Assembly (NCBI GenBank): GCA_947626975.1
Contig: CANQUF010000005.1
Coordinates: forward strand, 234 to 64,233
DNA from: an uncultured Clostridia bacterium
Lineage (GTDB): Bacteria > Bacillota > Clostridia > TANB77 > CAG-465
DNA length: 64,000 nt
Direction: 5' to 3'
Within the stretch, counting starts at the first letter, position 1; the number at the start of each line of letters is the position of its first letter. This document shows positions 40,710 to 51,693 of the stretch, piece by piece. The notes under the pieces were generated by a model, which was not told the DNA's origin, did not search any database, and saw nothing but the letters and a program-made list of their open reading frames with translations. A program made the position numbers and the translations under genes.

Positions 40710-40833
40710 TTTAAAATTCCTCCTTATTCATATTTTAATGCAAAGTGCATTAACTTTCATTTAATTTTACTACACTTTTATATATTTTGCAATATATTTT
40801 AATTTTTTTTATTTAATTTGTGTAATTTTGACA

Positions 40834-42915
40834 TTAATCTTTTTTAGTTCTATTTGCAACTATAGTTTCTAAAACAGATTTTGGAACTTCTTCATAATGA
40901 GATGGTTCCATTGAGTAAACACCTCTACCTTGTGTTTTAGATCTTAAATCTGTTGCATATCCAAACATTTCAGAAAGTGGAATAAATGAATGTATTGTTG
41001 AAGTACCTTGTACTGTATCCATACCTTCCATTCTACCACGTCTAGAGTTTATATCTCCAATAACATCTCCCATATATTCTTCTGGAACTGTTATTTCAAC
41101 TTTCATTATTGGTTCAAGTAATACAGAACCTCCTTGACGGCAAGCTTCCTTAAATGCCATAGATCCAGCAACATGGAATGCCATTTCTGATGAGTCAACA
41201 TCATGGTATGAACCATCAACTAATGCTACTTTAACGTCTACAACTGGATATCCAGCAAGTACACCTGCCCTCATAGCATCTTGTACACCTTCATCAGTTG
41301 GTTTTACATATTCCTTTGGAACAACTCCACCAACAATTCTAGATTCAAATTCATAACCTTTACCAGGTTCATTAGGTGATACTTCTAACCATACATCACC
41401 ATATTGTCCTCTACCACCTGATTGTCTTATAAATTTACCTTGTACTTTTACAGGTTTTCTTATAGTTTCTTTATATGCAACTTGTGGTTTACCTACATTA
41501 GCTTCAACTTTAAATTCTCTTTTCATTCTATCAACGATGATATCTAAGTGTAATTCACCCATACCAGCTATAATAGTTTGACCAGTTTCTTGATCTGTAT
41601 ATGTCTTAAAAGATGGATCCTCTTCAGCTAATTTTTGAAGTGCAATTCCCATTTTTTCTTGATCTGCTTTTGATTTTGGCTCTATTGCTATATCAATAAC
41701 TGGATCTGGGAATTCAATAGATTCAAGTATTATTGGTGCTGATTCATCACATAAAGTATCACCTGTTGCAACATCTTTTAATCCTACTGCACAAGCAATA
41801 TCACCAGAATAAACTTTATCTATATCTTGTCTGTCATTAGCATGCATTTGAATAAGTCTTCCTATTCTTTCTTTTTTACCTTTATTTGCATTTAATACAT
41901 ATGATCCACTTTCAAGAGTACCAGAATATACTCTAAAGAATGTAAGTTTTCCTACATATGGATCTGTCATAATTTTAAATGCTAAAGCTGCAAATGGTTC
42001 AGAATCAGAAGATTTTCTTTCTTCTTCTGTTCCATCTTCAAGAACTCCTTTAATATGTGGTATATCAGTTGGAGCTGGCATATAATCAACTATATTATCA
42101 AGTAACTCTTGTACACCTTTATTTTTATATGAACTTCCGCAAGTTACTGGTACCATTGTATTAGCTATTGTAGATTTTCTTATAGCAGCTTTCATCTCTT
42201 CAAGTGTTAATTCTTCTCCACTTAAATATTTTTCCATTAATGAATCATCTTGTTCAGCTATATGTTCCATAAGTTCAGTTCTATATTTTTCAGCTATTTC
42301 TTTCATATCTTCTGGAATAGGTTCACGTCTAACGTCTTTTCCTAAATCATCATAATGAATACAAGCTTCCATTTTAAGTAAATCAATTATTCCTCTAAAA
42401 TTATCTTCTTTTCCAATAGGTAATGCAATTGGAACAGCGTTAGCTTGTAATCTTTCTCTTAATTGTTTTACACAATTATAGAAATCTGCACCTGTAATAT
42501 CCATTTTATTTACATATACCATTCTTGGTACATTATATTTATTTGCTTGTCTCCAAACAGTTTCAGATTGTGGTTGTACTCCACCTTTTGCACAAAGTAC
42601 TGTAACAGAACCATCTAGAACTCTAAGAGATCTTTCAACTTCAATTGTAAAATCAACATGTCCTGGAGTATCTATAATATTTATTCTATTATTATTCCAA
42701 TAACATGTAGTAGCAGCTGAAGTAATTGTAATTCCTCTTTCTTGTTCTTGGGCCATCCAGTCCATTGTAGCTCCACCATCATGAACTTCTCCTATTTTAT
42801 GAGTTTTACCTGTATAAAATAGTATTCTTTCAGTAGTAGTAGTTTTACCAGCATCAATATGTGCCATGATACCGATATTTCTTGTCCTCTCAAGAGGATA
42901 TTCTCTACCTGCCAT
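40834..42915 (-). CDS. fusA: elongation factor G
   Basis: 693 aa. [20 protein letters not shown] and NKMD motifs. Confidence 0.98.
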   Translation of the reverse strand: MAGREYPLERTRNIGIMAHIDAGKTTTTERILFYTGKTHKIGEVHDGGATMDWMAQEQERGITITSAATTCYWNNNRINIIDTPGHVDFTIEVERSLRVLDGSVTVLCAKGGVQPQSETVWRQANKYNVPRMVYVNKMDITGADFYNCVKQLRERLQANAVPIALPIGKEDNFRGIIDLLKMEACIHYDDLGKDVRREPIPEDMKEIAEKYRTELMEHIAEQDDSLMEKYLSGEELTLEEMKAAIRKSTIANTMVPVTCGSSYKNKGVQELLDNIVDYMPAPTDIPHIKGVLEDGTEEERKSSDSEPFAALAFKIMTDPYVGKLTFFRVYSGTLESGSYVLNANKGKKERIGRLIQMHANDRQDIDKVYSGDIACAVGLKDVATGDTLCDESAPIILESIEFPDPVIDIAIEPKSKADQEKMGIALQKLAEEDPSFKTYTDQETGQTIIAGMGELHLDIIVDRMKREFKVEANVGKPQVAYKETIRKPVKVQGKFIRQSGGRGQYGDVWLEVSPNEPGKGYEFESRIVGGVVPKEYVKPTDEGVQDAMRAGVLAGYPVVDVKVALVDGSYHDVDSSEMAFHVAGSMAFKEACRQGGSVLLEPIMKVEITVPEEYMGDVIGDINSRRGRMEGMDTVQGTSTIHSFIPLSEMFGYATDLRSKTQGRGVYSMEPSHYEEVPKSVLETIVANRTKKD

Positions 42916-42938
42916 TTATTTTCCTCCTTTGATTTTTA

Positions 42939-43439
<501 letters not shown>

Positions 43440-43530
43440 TTAATTTAAGCTCAAAGGTACTCAAAAAAATTAATTTTTGTAAGGGCTAGAGTTTAATCTA
43501 TATATTTAAACTTAAGCACCTAACCTATTA

Positions 43531-43947
43531 TTATTTTTTCTTTGCTTTTTTTGCTCCGTATTTTGATTTTGCTTTTACTCTATCAGCAACTCCTGCAGTA
43601 TCTAAAACTCCTCTTACAATATGGTAACGTACACCTGGAAGATCTTTTACTCTTCCTCCTCTAATTAACACAACACTATGCTCTTGTAAATTGTGACCTA
43701 TACCTGGAATATATGCTGTTACTTCCATTGTATTTGTAAGTCTAACCCTTGCTACTTTACGTAAAGCAGAATTTGGCTTTTTAGGTGTTTGAGTTTTAAC
43801 AACTGTACAAACTCCTCTTTTTTGTGGAGAAGATTGATTTGTTGTTGATTTAATACGTGAATTGTAACCTTTTTGTAGAGCTGGAGATTTAGATTTTACA
43901 CTTTTATCTTTTCTTCCTTTTCTAACTAATTGGCTAAATGTTGGCAC
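43531..43947 (-). CDS. rpsL: 30S ribosomal protein S12
   Basis: 138 aa. [16 protein letters not shown] motif with a GTG start. Confidence 0.97.
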   Translation of the reverse strand: MPTFSQLVRKGRKDKSVKSKSPALQKGYNSRIKSTTNQSSPQKRGVCTVVKTQTPKKPNSALRKVARVRLTNTMEVTAYIPGIGHNLQEHSVVLIRGGRVKDLPGVRYHIVRGVLDTAGVADRVKAKSKYGAKKAKKK

Positions 43948-44317
43948 TTAAGTTCACCTCCTTTTTATGGTAAATATTATATACATATCTACGTACATAA
44001 TTATACTAAAATTATATATAAAAGTCAAGAAATATTATGAAAATTACATAAAATGAAACTTAAAATATTACAAACAATCAGAATTTTGCAATCACGACTT
44101 TAAAATTTAAAATATAACAACTTAAAAATAAAAGGCAAAAGTTGAAAAATGAATATTATAAAATAGGTAAATATATAAAATAGAAACATAAAAATGTGAT
44201 GAAAAAATAATAAAAAAATTATTATGAAAACTTGATTTTTTAGTGTATCCTATACTTGTTGTAGAAGATAATTTAAAGTATCAAAATATCTAAAACACAG
44301 AAAAGAGGTGGATATAA

Positions 44318-44785
44318 TTGAAATTAACAAAATTTAGGAAAGGGAAATTAATTGGTGGAATATTTGCTATTTTATTTTCAATTTGGCATTTACTGCATAG
44401 TATTTTCTTTGGTAAAGTTGCTATCAATATTTATTTATCATCTACATTATCTAGTTCAAGAGATGAAGTAGAAAAAATCAAAAATTTACTTGAAAATTTA
44501 AATTATCTAATATATTTCTCATTAATTTTAATATTATTAGTAGTAATTATATTATTATTTATTTGTCACAAGAAAAATGGAATAAAAATTATAAAAAAGA
44601 ATGAAGTAAACTCAATACTTCCAATTGCTACATATATTATATTTGCTGGAATATTTTTATTCGTTATAACAGGATTTACTGGTTTAAACCTATTTACTTA
44701 TCTAAATGATTTGATAATATTTATAGGTGGATTTATTTTAACCTATCTAAGCAAGAAGTCCACTATCTCTAAGGTAGTGGGATAA
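44318..44785 (+). CDS. hypothetical multi-pass membrane protein (155 aa)
   Basis: TTG start after GAGGTG. About four hydrophobic helices. Confidence 0.45.
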   Translation: MKLTKFRKGKLIGGIFAILFSIWHLLHSIFFGKVAINIYLSSTLSSSRDEVEKIKNLLENLNYLIYFSLILILLVVIILLFICHKKNGIKIIKKNEVNSILPIATYIIFAGIFLFVITGFTGLNLFTYLNDLIIFIGGFILTYLSKKSTISKVVG

Positions 44786-45106
44786 ATAGCAATTTCTATA
44801 TTGACATATTTAAAAAAATGTATTATTATATTTTTTAGTTAAGTCAATAAAGAAGGCTATTATAAATTAAGACATATAGAACCAATTACAAGGATTTAAA
44901 ACAAAACATTAGAAAGTGATATTGAAAAATATTTGAACAGTTTTAAAACAATATCGCCAGAAGCATATTATGTTTTTAGAAATGAGATTATAAAAGATTT
45001 CTAAAAAATTCAGATATATTTGAAAGATAATTTACAATTTGAAATATATTACTAAATATGTATATTATAAATTTTATAATTAAAAATATAATAGTACTAA
45101 TTTTGC

Positions 45107-45136
45107 TTGACAAAATCGAAATTAAAATGTTATATT
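45107..45136 (+). promoter_or_regulatory. sigma-A-type promoter for the mntA-hepT cassette
   Basis: TTGACA (45107..45112), 18-nt spacer, TGtTATATT extended -10 (45131..45136). About 100-nt leader to ATG 45247. Confidence 0.5.
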
Positions 45137-45246
45137 ATACATAGATTAGTACTTTAGCAAGCCTATGGGACTGAAGTCTGAAATTGGTTGTAACTCGGTT
45201 AGCTTAAGGCCCCCAGAACATTTTAATATAAATTGGAGATTAAAAA

Positions 45247-45588
45247 ATGAGTGAAAAAGTATATACAGTTGAAGAAATAAAAGAAATGGTATATGATATT
45301 TTAAAAAAATATGGAATTGAAAAGGCATATATATTTGGTTCATATGCAAGAGGTGAAGCTAATAAAAAGTCTGATGTTGATATAATGATAAGAAAAGGAA
45401 ATTTAAAAACACTTTTACAATTATCTGCTCTTGCACATGAAATAGAGCAAATTTTAAAAAAGCAAGTTGATATTGTTATAGAAGAAACATATACAGATGA
45501 TATACAATATGATAGTGAGTCAATAAAACTTGCTAAAAATATATTTTATAATGAAGTAAAGAAGGAGAGATTAGATATATATGAGTAA
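45247..45588 (+). CDS. mntA: MNT-type nucleotidyltransferase (type VII TA antitoxin MntA-like)
   Basis: 113 aa with the GSYARGEANKKSDVDI (GSxxRG...SDxD) motif. Overlaps the start of the HEPN gene. Confidence 0.8.
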   Translation: MSEKVYTVEEIKEMVYDILKKYGIEKAYIFGSYARGEANKKSDVDIMIRKGNLKTLLQLSALAHEIEQILKKQVDIVIEETYTDDIQYDSESIKLAKNIFYNEVKKERLDIYE

Positions 45589-45955
45589 TTTAAATAGAAA
45601 TTTAACAGTGTTATTACATATGAAAGAATATTGTGAACAAATATTGTGAACAAATATATAAAGCTTTTGAAATATTTGGAAAAAGTATAGAAGATTTTAA
45701 TAGTAATGTTGTTTTTAGAAATGCAATTTCTATGCCTATATTTCAAATCGGAGAACTTGTTAATCATTTGACATCAGATTATATTAAAAGTACACAAAAT
45801 AATATATAAATTGGGACGAAATAAGAGGATTGCGAAATCGTTTTGCTCATGGATATTATGATATGGATTATAGAATTATTTTTGATACGGCAATAAACGA
45901 TATACCTATAATAAAGGAATTTATTGATAAAGAAATACAGAAATTAACCAAATAA
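45581..45955 (+). pseudogene. hepT: HEPN/DUF86 toxin (HepT-like) disrupted by a 13-bp tandem duplication and a second frameshift
   Basis: ATG 45581 after GGAGAG. MSNLNRNLTVLLHMKEYCEQIL* stops inside the duplication. With one copy removed the frame reads ...EQIYKAFEIFGKSIEDFNSNVVFRNAISMPIFQIGELVNHL...QNNI*. A further shift gives WDEIRGLRNRFAHGYYDMDY... with the Rx4H HEPN motif, ending at 45955. Confidence 0.7.
45628..45653 (+). repeat. 13-bp perfect tandem duplication ATATTGTGAACAA x2 inside hepT
   Basis: Copies at 45628..45640 and 45641..45653 are identical. The duplication adds 13 nt (+1 frame) and creates a TGA. Confidence 0.95.
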
Positions 45956-45989
45956 AAATTACTAAAATAATATAAAATTTAAAACTAAA

Positions 45990-46015
45990 ACAGAGCAATA
46001 TTGTTCTGTTTTTTT
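45990..46015 (+). terminator. intrinsic terminator after hepT
   Basis: ACAGAGCAA / TTGTTCTGT stem (one G-U pair), followed by TTTTTT. Confidence 0.6.
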
Positions 46016-46018
46016 CGA

Positions 46019-46154
46019 AAAATAAGACAAAGAAATCATCTCTCAAAGAACAAAAAAGGTTTTTATGTTTATTCTGAGCCTAAAAAATTTAAAAACCTTA
46101 AATCTGGTATTAAATATCGTTACTAGATATTGTGGTAGATCTCCTATTAATTAG
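46019..46154 (+). mobile_element. short fragment of an IS91-family (Y2) transposase-like gene
   Basis: ..KKGFYVYSEPKKFKNLKSGIKY then, after a frame change, IVTRYCGRSPIN*. This resembles the conserved C-terminal block of IS91-type transposases (..V..YL.RY..R..I), recognised from memory only. Confidence 0.35.
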
Positions 46155-46288
46155 AGACCTTACTTGACAAAGTAATTTTTGAATTTAGTATACTATATTT
46201 ATTAGTATATAACTAATTAAGATAATATAGCTTGATTTTGTTACTTTTTAAGATGTTATATTGATTATACTTTGGTGATATAATATCT

Positions 46289-46630
46289 ATGGTGATTATA
46301 TTGAAAAAAATAGAAGAATTAAATATAACCATAGGTAAAAGAATTAAAGAATATAGAGAACTTAATAAAATCACTCAAGAAGATATGGCAAAAGAGCTTG
46401 ATGTTGTACCTAACCAATATGGAAGAATCGAGCGAGGAGAAAATTCTTGTACAATTGCAAATTTTGTAAAAATTTGTAATATATTAAAAATAAGTTCCGA
46501 TGACATAATAGGTAATCTAATTTTAACTAAACCCGAAAATAATATTTGCTCAGAGTTTGAGAAACTTACACTCGATGATAAATTATCTGTAGCAAAATAT
46601 ATTGCATTTTTATTATCTAATTATGAATAA
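46289..46630 (+). CDS. XRE-family helix-turn-helix transcriptional regulator
   Basis: HTH ITQEDMAKELDVVPNQYGRIERGE. The start could alternatively be TTG 46301. Confidence 0.8.
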   Translation: MVIILKKIEELNITIGKRIKEYRELNKITQEDMAKELDVVPNQYGRIERGENSCTIANFVKICNILKISSDDIIGNLILTKPENNICSEFEKLTLDDKLSVAKYIAFLLSNYE

Positions 46631-46639
46631 TATATTATA

Positions 46640-46685
46640 AAGTATCATAACTTTAAAACATAAATAGTTTAAGGTTATGATACTT
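46640..46685 (+). terminator. intrinsic terminator between convergent genes
   Basis: AAGTATCATAAC / GTTATGATACTT perfect 12-bp stem, followed by TTTTT. Confidence 0.6.
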
Positions 46686-46700
46686 TTTATATAAATTTTA

Positions 46701-47921
46701 TCATTTTTGCTTTGTCAAAATAAATGAATCTAATATATTATAATAATTAAATCTTCTTTTATCACTACTTACATATTCAGAAAATTTAGGATGACTTAAT
46801 AATAATACTAAATTTTCTGTTATAGCATCAACGTTATTTTCTATTCCAAATTCAGCAATCTTATCATCAGTATTTTCACTTAAAATTTTAGTTAATTTAG
46901 ATTCGAAATTATCTTTATTAGATATATATTTATCTTTATAAATATAATAATTATATTTAGTCCCAGTAGCTTTTGGAAGCAGTTGTTTATCTTCGATAGC
47001 ATTTGTTTTTAAAATCTTTTCATCAGTTATATTAAAGTATGAATGTATAACTACAGACGAATCATCATTAAAATCTTTATCTAATGATTTATCAGACGTT
47101 ATATCCACATGGTACCATTCATCTTCAAGTTTTACTAAATTCCACGCATGTAATTGATCTTGTATACTTCCTGAAACTAATATACTTTCAATTCCTAATT
47201 TATCTAATGCTATTTGTAAAGTTTTGGATAGTCCATCACATACTGCACTTTTATTTACTACACAACCATATATACTATGGCACTCTTCTGGTATATCTTC
47301 AATATTTTCATATCGATAATATTTACACATTGTAGCTATTTTATCATGTAAGTATAACTCTGCTTCAAATATATCTTTACCCTTTGCTTCATTTACTAAT
47401 TCATCTAATACCGTACTTACTTCATTTATCTTATTATCAAGTTCATTTTTATCTGCTACTGTATATTCTAGCAGAACTTCAACTCTTTTTCCTTTTATTA
47501 AATCTACTGTAGAAACAGTATAATTTGTTTTTACATAAAATATTTCTGGATGATCTAAAAATAAATTTTGCATTGAAATTTTTATATCGTTCATCGTAGT
47601 TTCTTCATCTATATATTCATATTTTTTTAACTTTACAGTTGTATCTAGATTATTTATACTACTTAGTAGTGCTAAATAAATTTCCTTTTGAGTATCAGTT
47701 AAAGTATTATAATAAAAAGTACAATTTTTTATTTGTAGACTGTTTATTTTAACATTTTCATCAATTTCTTCAGAATTAAAGTTAGTTATATTATCTCTCA
47801 TATCATTTACTGATACAATTATTTGGTTTGATACTTTTTTGTTTGTAAGTATAATATATATAAAAGCAATTAAAACTAATATAATTAAAATGTTTATAAT
47901 GTATTTTACTATCTTTTTCAT
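46701..47921 (-). CDS. transglutaminase-like cysteine-protease-fold protein with an N-terminal membrane anchor
   Basis: 406 aa. N-terminal TM. Cys-His-Asp core: AVCDGLSK, LHAWNLV, WYHVDIT. Confidence 0.7.
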   Translation of the reverse strand: MKKIVKYIINILIILVLIAFIYIILTNKKVSNQIIVSVNDMRDNITNFNSEEIDENVKINSLQIKNCTFYYNTLTDTQKEIYLALLSSINNLDTTVKLKKYEYIDEETTMNDIKISMQNLFLDHPEIFYVKTNYTVSTVDLIKGKRVEVLLEYTVADKNELDNKINEVSTVLDELVNEAKGKDIFEAELYLHDKIATMCKYYRYENIEDIPEECHSIYGCVVNKSAVCDGLSKTLQIALDKLGIESILVSGSIQDQLHAWNLVKLEDEWYHVDITSDKSLDKDFNDDSSVVIHSYFNITDEKILKTNAIEDKQLLPKATGTKYNYYIYKDKYISNKDNFESKLTKILSENTDDKIAEFGIENNVDAITENLVLLLSHPKFSEYVSSDKRRFNYYNILDSFILTKQK

Positions 47922-48101
47922 TTTATTATCACCATATTTCCTTTATATATTTTAATATATGTGTATTATTTTTTCAACTATATTATATAAATTTAATTAT
48001 TTTATAAATATAATAAATATATATTACATTTAACAAAAAAATTGATATAAATTAAATTTAATTAACTTATATCAATTTACAACACATGTATTCTTTATGG
48101 T

Positions 48102-51100
48102 TTAATCATCTACTTCTTTAATTGTATTGTCACTTTCCTGTTGCTCTGTATTATCATCGCTATTATTTTCAGCCTTATTGTTATACCCTTGAACATCTAT
48201 ACTAGAATAGTCTACGACACCAGTTCCAGCAGGAATTAATCTACCAATTAATACATTTTCTTTTAGTCCTTGTAATTTATCAACTTTACCTTTAACTGCT
48301 GCATCAGTAAGTACTCTTGCTGTTTCTTGGAATGAGGCAGCAGATAAGAATGAATCTGTTTGAAGTGCTACTTTAGTTATTCCAAGTAAAGTCTTAGTTC
48401 CCTTTGCAGGCTCTAAACCTTCTTTTATTGCTCTTCTATTTTCGGCATTAAATTCTGTCATATCAACAGTTGTTCCAGTAATAAGATTTGTTTGTTTTGC
48501 ATCATCAACATGTATTTTTCTTAGCATTTGACGTGCAACAATCTCTATATGTTTATCATTTATATGAACACCTTGTGTTCTATATACTTTTTGAACTTCT
48601 TCAATTAGGTAATTTTCAACCGCTATATCACCCTTAATACGTATAATATCATGAGGATCAAGTGAACCTTCAGTTATTCTATCTCCTGCTTTAACGACAC
48701 TACCATCAGATACTACAAGTCTCATACCATAAGGTATTACATATCTTTCAGTATGTTTATCGTCTTTAGTAACTATTACTTCTTTATTAGAGCCATGCTC
48801 ACCAATAGTTACAGTACCATCTATTTCAGTTACCATAGCAACACCCTTAGGTTTTCTTGCCTCAAATAATTCTTCAACTCTAGGTAAACCTTGAGTTATA
48901 TCAGAACCGGCAACACCACCACTATGTATTGTTCTCATTGTAAGCTGTGTACCTGGTTCACCTATAGATTGTGCTGCTATTATACCTATAGCTTCTCCAG
49001 GAGTAATTACGTCACCTGTAGCAAGATTTTTACCATAACATTTTGCACAAACTCCTCTAACAGATTCGCAAGTAAACGCAGAACGTATTTTTACCTTTGT
49101 TATTCCTGCTTCTATTATTTTATCTGCAACATCACCATTAATATATGTATTTCTTTCAAATAATACTTTACCGTTTTCATCAACAACGTTATCAGCTAAA
49201 AATCTTCCTTCTATTCTTTCATATAATTTTTCTATAGGTTCTCCACTTTCCATTATAGCTTCAACTTCAAATCCATGTTCTGTTCCACAATCATCTTCCA
49301 TAACTATTACATCTTGATTTACATCAACAAGTCTTCTAGTTAAATAACCAGAGTCAGCAGTTCTTAAAGCTGTATCCGCAAGACCTTTTCTAGCACCATG
49401 AGATGCTATAAAGAATTCAAGAACATCAAGACCTTCTTTAAAGTTAGATTTTATAGGAAGCTCAATTGTTTGCCCCATAGTATTTGCCATAAGTCCACGC
49501 ATACCAGATAATTGTCTAATTTGTGTTGGATTACCTCTGGCACCAGTATATGCCATCATTTGAATTGGATTTAATTTATCTGGATTATTCATTATAGCTG
49601 TTTGAATCTTATCTGTAGCTTTTGACCATACTTTTATTACTTCGTTATATCTTTCCTCATCAGATATTAAACCTCTCTTAAAGTTTTTAAGAATTCCTTC
49701 TACTTGATCTTCTGCTTCTTTAAGAATAGCTGGTTTTTCATCAGGAACTATAATATCTGCAACAGATACTGTAACAGCTGACTGTGTAGAATATTTGTAT
49801 CCATAAGATTTAATATTATCAAGAACAATTGCTGATCTTGCTATACCATGAACTGCAATACATTTATCAATTATCATTCCAAGTTCTTTCTTTCTTACTG
49901 GGAAATCTATTTCTAATTTTAACTCATTTTCCTTCTTAGTTCTATCTACAAAGCCTAAATCTTGAGGAATATACTCATTGAAAATAAGTCTACCAACAGT
50001 AGCATCAATAATTCCTGTAACTTTCTTTTCATTAATTTCTTTTGTTACTCTTACTTTTATTGGAACATGCATACCAATTATTTTTTCATCATATGCCATC
50101 ATTGCTTCTTCAACACTTGAGAAAATTTTACCTTTACCTGGTTCATCTTCTATATCAACTGTAAGATAATAATTACCAAGTATCATATCTTGTGATGGTA
50201 CAGTAACTGGTTTACCATCTTGTAATTTTAACAAATTATTTGAAGCAAGCATTAAAATTTTAGCTTCTGCAACAGCTTCAGGAGATAAAGGTACGTGTAC
50301 AGCCATTTGATCTCCATCAAAGTCAGCATTAAATGCTGTACATACAAGTGGATGTAATTTTATTGCTCTTCCCTCTACAAGCACAGGCTCAAAAGCTTGA
50401 ATTCCAAGTCTATGTAGTGTAGGAGCACGATTTAGCATTACAGGTCTATCTTTAATTACTTCCTCTAATACATCCCATACTTCAACTGCAGTTCTTTCTA
50501 CCATTCTTTTAGCATTTTTTATATTAAATGCCATACCTCTTTTTACCAATTCTTTCATTACAAAAGGTTTAAATAGCTCTAATGCCATTTCTCTTGGAAG
50601 TCCACATTGATAAATTTTAAGTTCAGGTCCTACAACAATAACAGAACGTCCTGAGTAGTCAACCCTCTTACCAAGTAAGTTTTGTCTAAATCTTCCTTGT
50701 TTACCTTTTAACATATCTGTAAGTGATTTTAATGGTCTTCCACCAGCTCCAGTAAGTGGTTTTCCACGTCTTCCATTATCTATTAGAGCATCTACTGCTT
50801 CTTGTAGCATTCTTTTTTCATTTCTTACTATTATATCAGGAGCTTCTAATTCAAGTAACCTTTTTAATCTGTTATTTCTATTTATTACTCTTCTATATAA
50901 ATCATTTAAATCTGAAGTTGCAAACCTACCACCATCTAACTGTACCATAGGTCTAAGATCTGGAGGTATTACAGGTAATACCTCTAAAATCATCCATTCA
51001 GGTCTATTATTAGATTTTATAAAGGCTTCTACAGTTTCTATTCTTTTTATAAGCTTTGCTCTTTTAGCACCAGTAGTATTTTCTAATTCTTTTTTTATTT

Positions 51101-51671
51101 CTTCATATAGTTTATTTAGATCAATATCAACTAATAATTCTCTTATAGCCTCTGCACCCATTCCTACTCTAAAAGTTCCAGCGCCATACTTTTCTTGAGC
51201 TTCTCTATATTCTTTTTCATTTAAGATATCACATTTTTTAAATCCAGTATCCTTTGGATCTAATACTATATATGCAGCAAAGTATATAACTTTTTCTAAC
51301 GCTTTAGGTGAAATGTCTAGCATTAAACCCATTCTTCCTGGTACACTTTTAAAGAACCATATATGTGAAACAGGGCAAGCAAGTTCAATATGTCCAAGTC
51401 TTTCACGTCTTACTTTTTTCTTTGTAACCTCAACACCACATCTGTCACATATTATTCCTTTATATCTTACTTTCTTGTATTTACCACAATAGCATTCCCA
51501 ATCTTTAGTAGGTCCAAATATTTTTTCGCAAAATAGACCATCTCTTTCAGGTTTAAGTGTTCTATAATTAATAGTTTCAGGTTTTTTAACTTCACCTTTT
51601 GACCATTCTCTTATTTTATCAGGTGATGCAAGTCCTATACCTAATCTATCAAAATTATCCATATCTTGCAT
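48102..51671 (-). CDS. rpoC: DNA-directed RNA polymerase subunit beta'
   Basis: 1189 aa with the [12 protein letters not shown] catalytic motif and Zn-binding cysteines. Starts 22 nt after the rpoB stop. Confidence 0.98.
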   Translation of the reverse strand: MQDMDNFDRLGIGLASPDKIREWSKGEVKKPETINYRTLKPERDGLFCEKIFGPTKDWECYCGKYKKVRYKGIICDRCGVEVTKKKVRRERLGHIELACPVSHIWFFKSVPGRMGLMLDISPKALEKVIYFAAYIVLDPKDTGFKKCDILNEKEYREAQEKYGAGTFRVGMGAEAIRELLVDIDLNKLYEEIKKELENTTGAKRAKLIKRIETVEAFIKSNNRPEWMILEVLPVIPPDLRPMVQLDGGRFATSDLNDLYRRVINRNNRLKRLLELEAPDIIVRNEKRMLQEAVDALIDNGRRGKPLTGAGGRPLKSLTDMLKGKQGRFRQNLLGKRVDYSGRSVIVVGPELKIYQCGLPREMALELFKPFVMKELVKRGMAFNIKNAKRMVERTAVEVWDVLEEVIKDRPVMLNRAPTLHRLGIQAFEPVLVEGRAIKLHPLVCTAFNADFDGDQMAVHVPLSPEAVAEAKILMLASNNLLKLQDGKPVTVPSQDMILGNYYLTVDIEDEPGKGKIFSSVEEAMMAYDEKIIGMHVPIKVRVTKEINEKKVTGIIDATVGRLIFNEYIPQDLGFVDRTKKENELKLEIDFPVRKKELGMIIDKCIAVHGIARSAIVLDNIKSYGYKYSTQSAVTVSVADIIVPDEKPAILKEAEDQVEGILKNFKRGLISDEERYNEVIKVWSKATDKIQTAIMNNPDKLNPIQMMAYTGARGNPTQIRQLSGMRGLMANTMGQTIELPIKSNFKEGLDVLEFFIASHGARKGLADTALRTADSGYLTRRLVDVNQDVIVMEDDCGTEHGFEVEAIMESGEPIEKLYERIEGRFLADNVVDENGKVLFERNTYINGDVADKIIEAGITKVKIRSAFTCESVRGVCAKCYGKNLATGDVITPGEAIGIIAAQSIGEPGTQLTMRTIHSGGVAGSDITQGLPRVEELFEARKPKGVAMVTEIDGTVTIGEHGSNKEVIVTKDDKHTERYVIPYGMRLVVSDGSVVKAGDRITEGSLDPHDIIRIKGDIAVENYLIEEVQKVYRTQGVHINDKHIEIVARQMLRKIHVDDAKQTNLITGTTVDMTEFNAENRRAIKEGLEPAKGTKTLLGITKVALQTDSFLSAASFQETARVLTDAAVKGKVDKLQGLKENVLIGRLIPAGTGVVDYSSIDVQGYNNKAENNSDDNTEQQESDNTIKEVDD

Positions 51672-51693
51672 ATATTTTTTCCTCCTTAACCCT

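Noticed and set aside
45140-45246. Comparatively GC-rich ~100-nt leader between the mntA promoter and start codon (..GCAAGCCTATGGGACTGAAGTCTGAAATTGGTTGTAACTCGGTTAGCTTAAGGCCCCCAGAAC..), considered as a riboswitch or small RNA. The track also lists an antisense 67-aa ORF here.
   Set aside because: I could not find convincing extended helices or any known riboswitch or sRNA signature by eye. The antisense ORF has no SD. It is worth a covariance-model scan but is not supportable as a feature.
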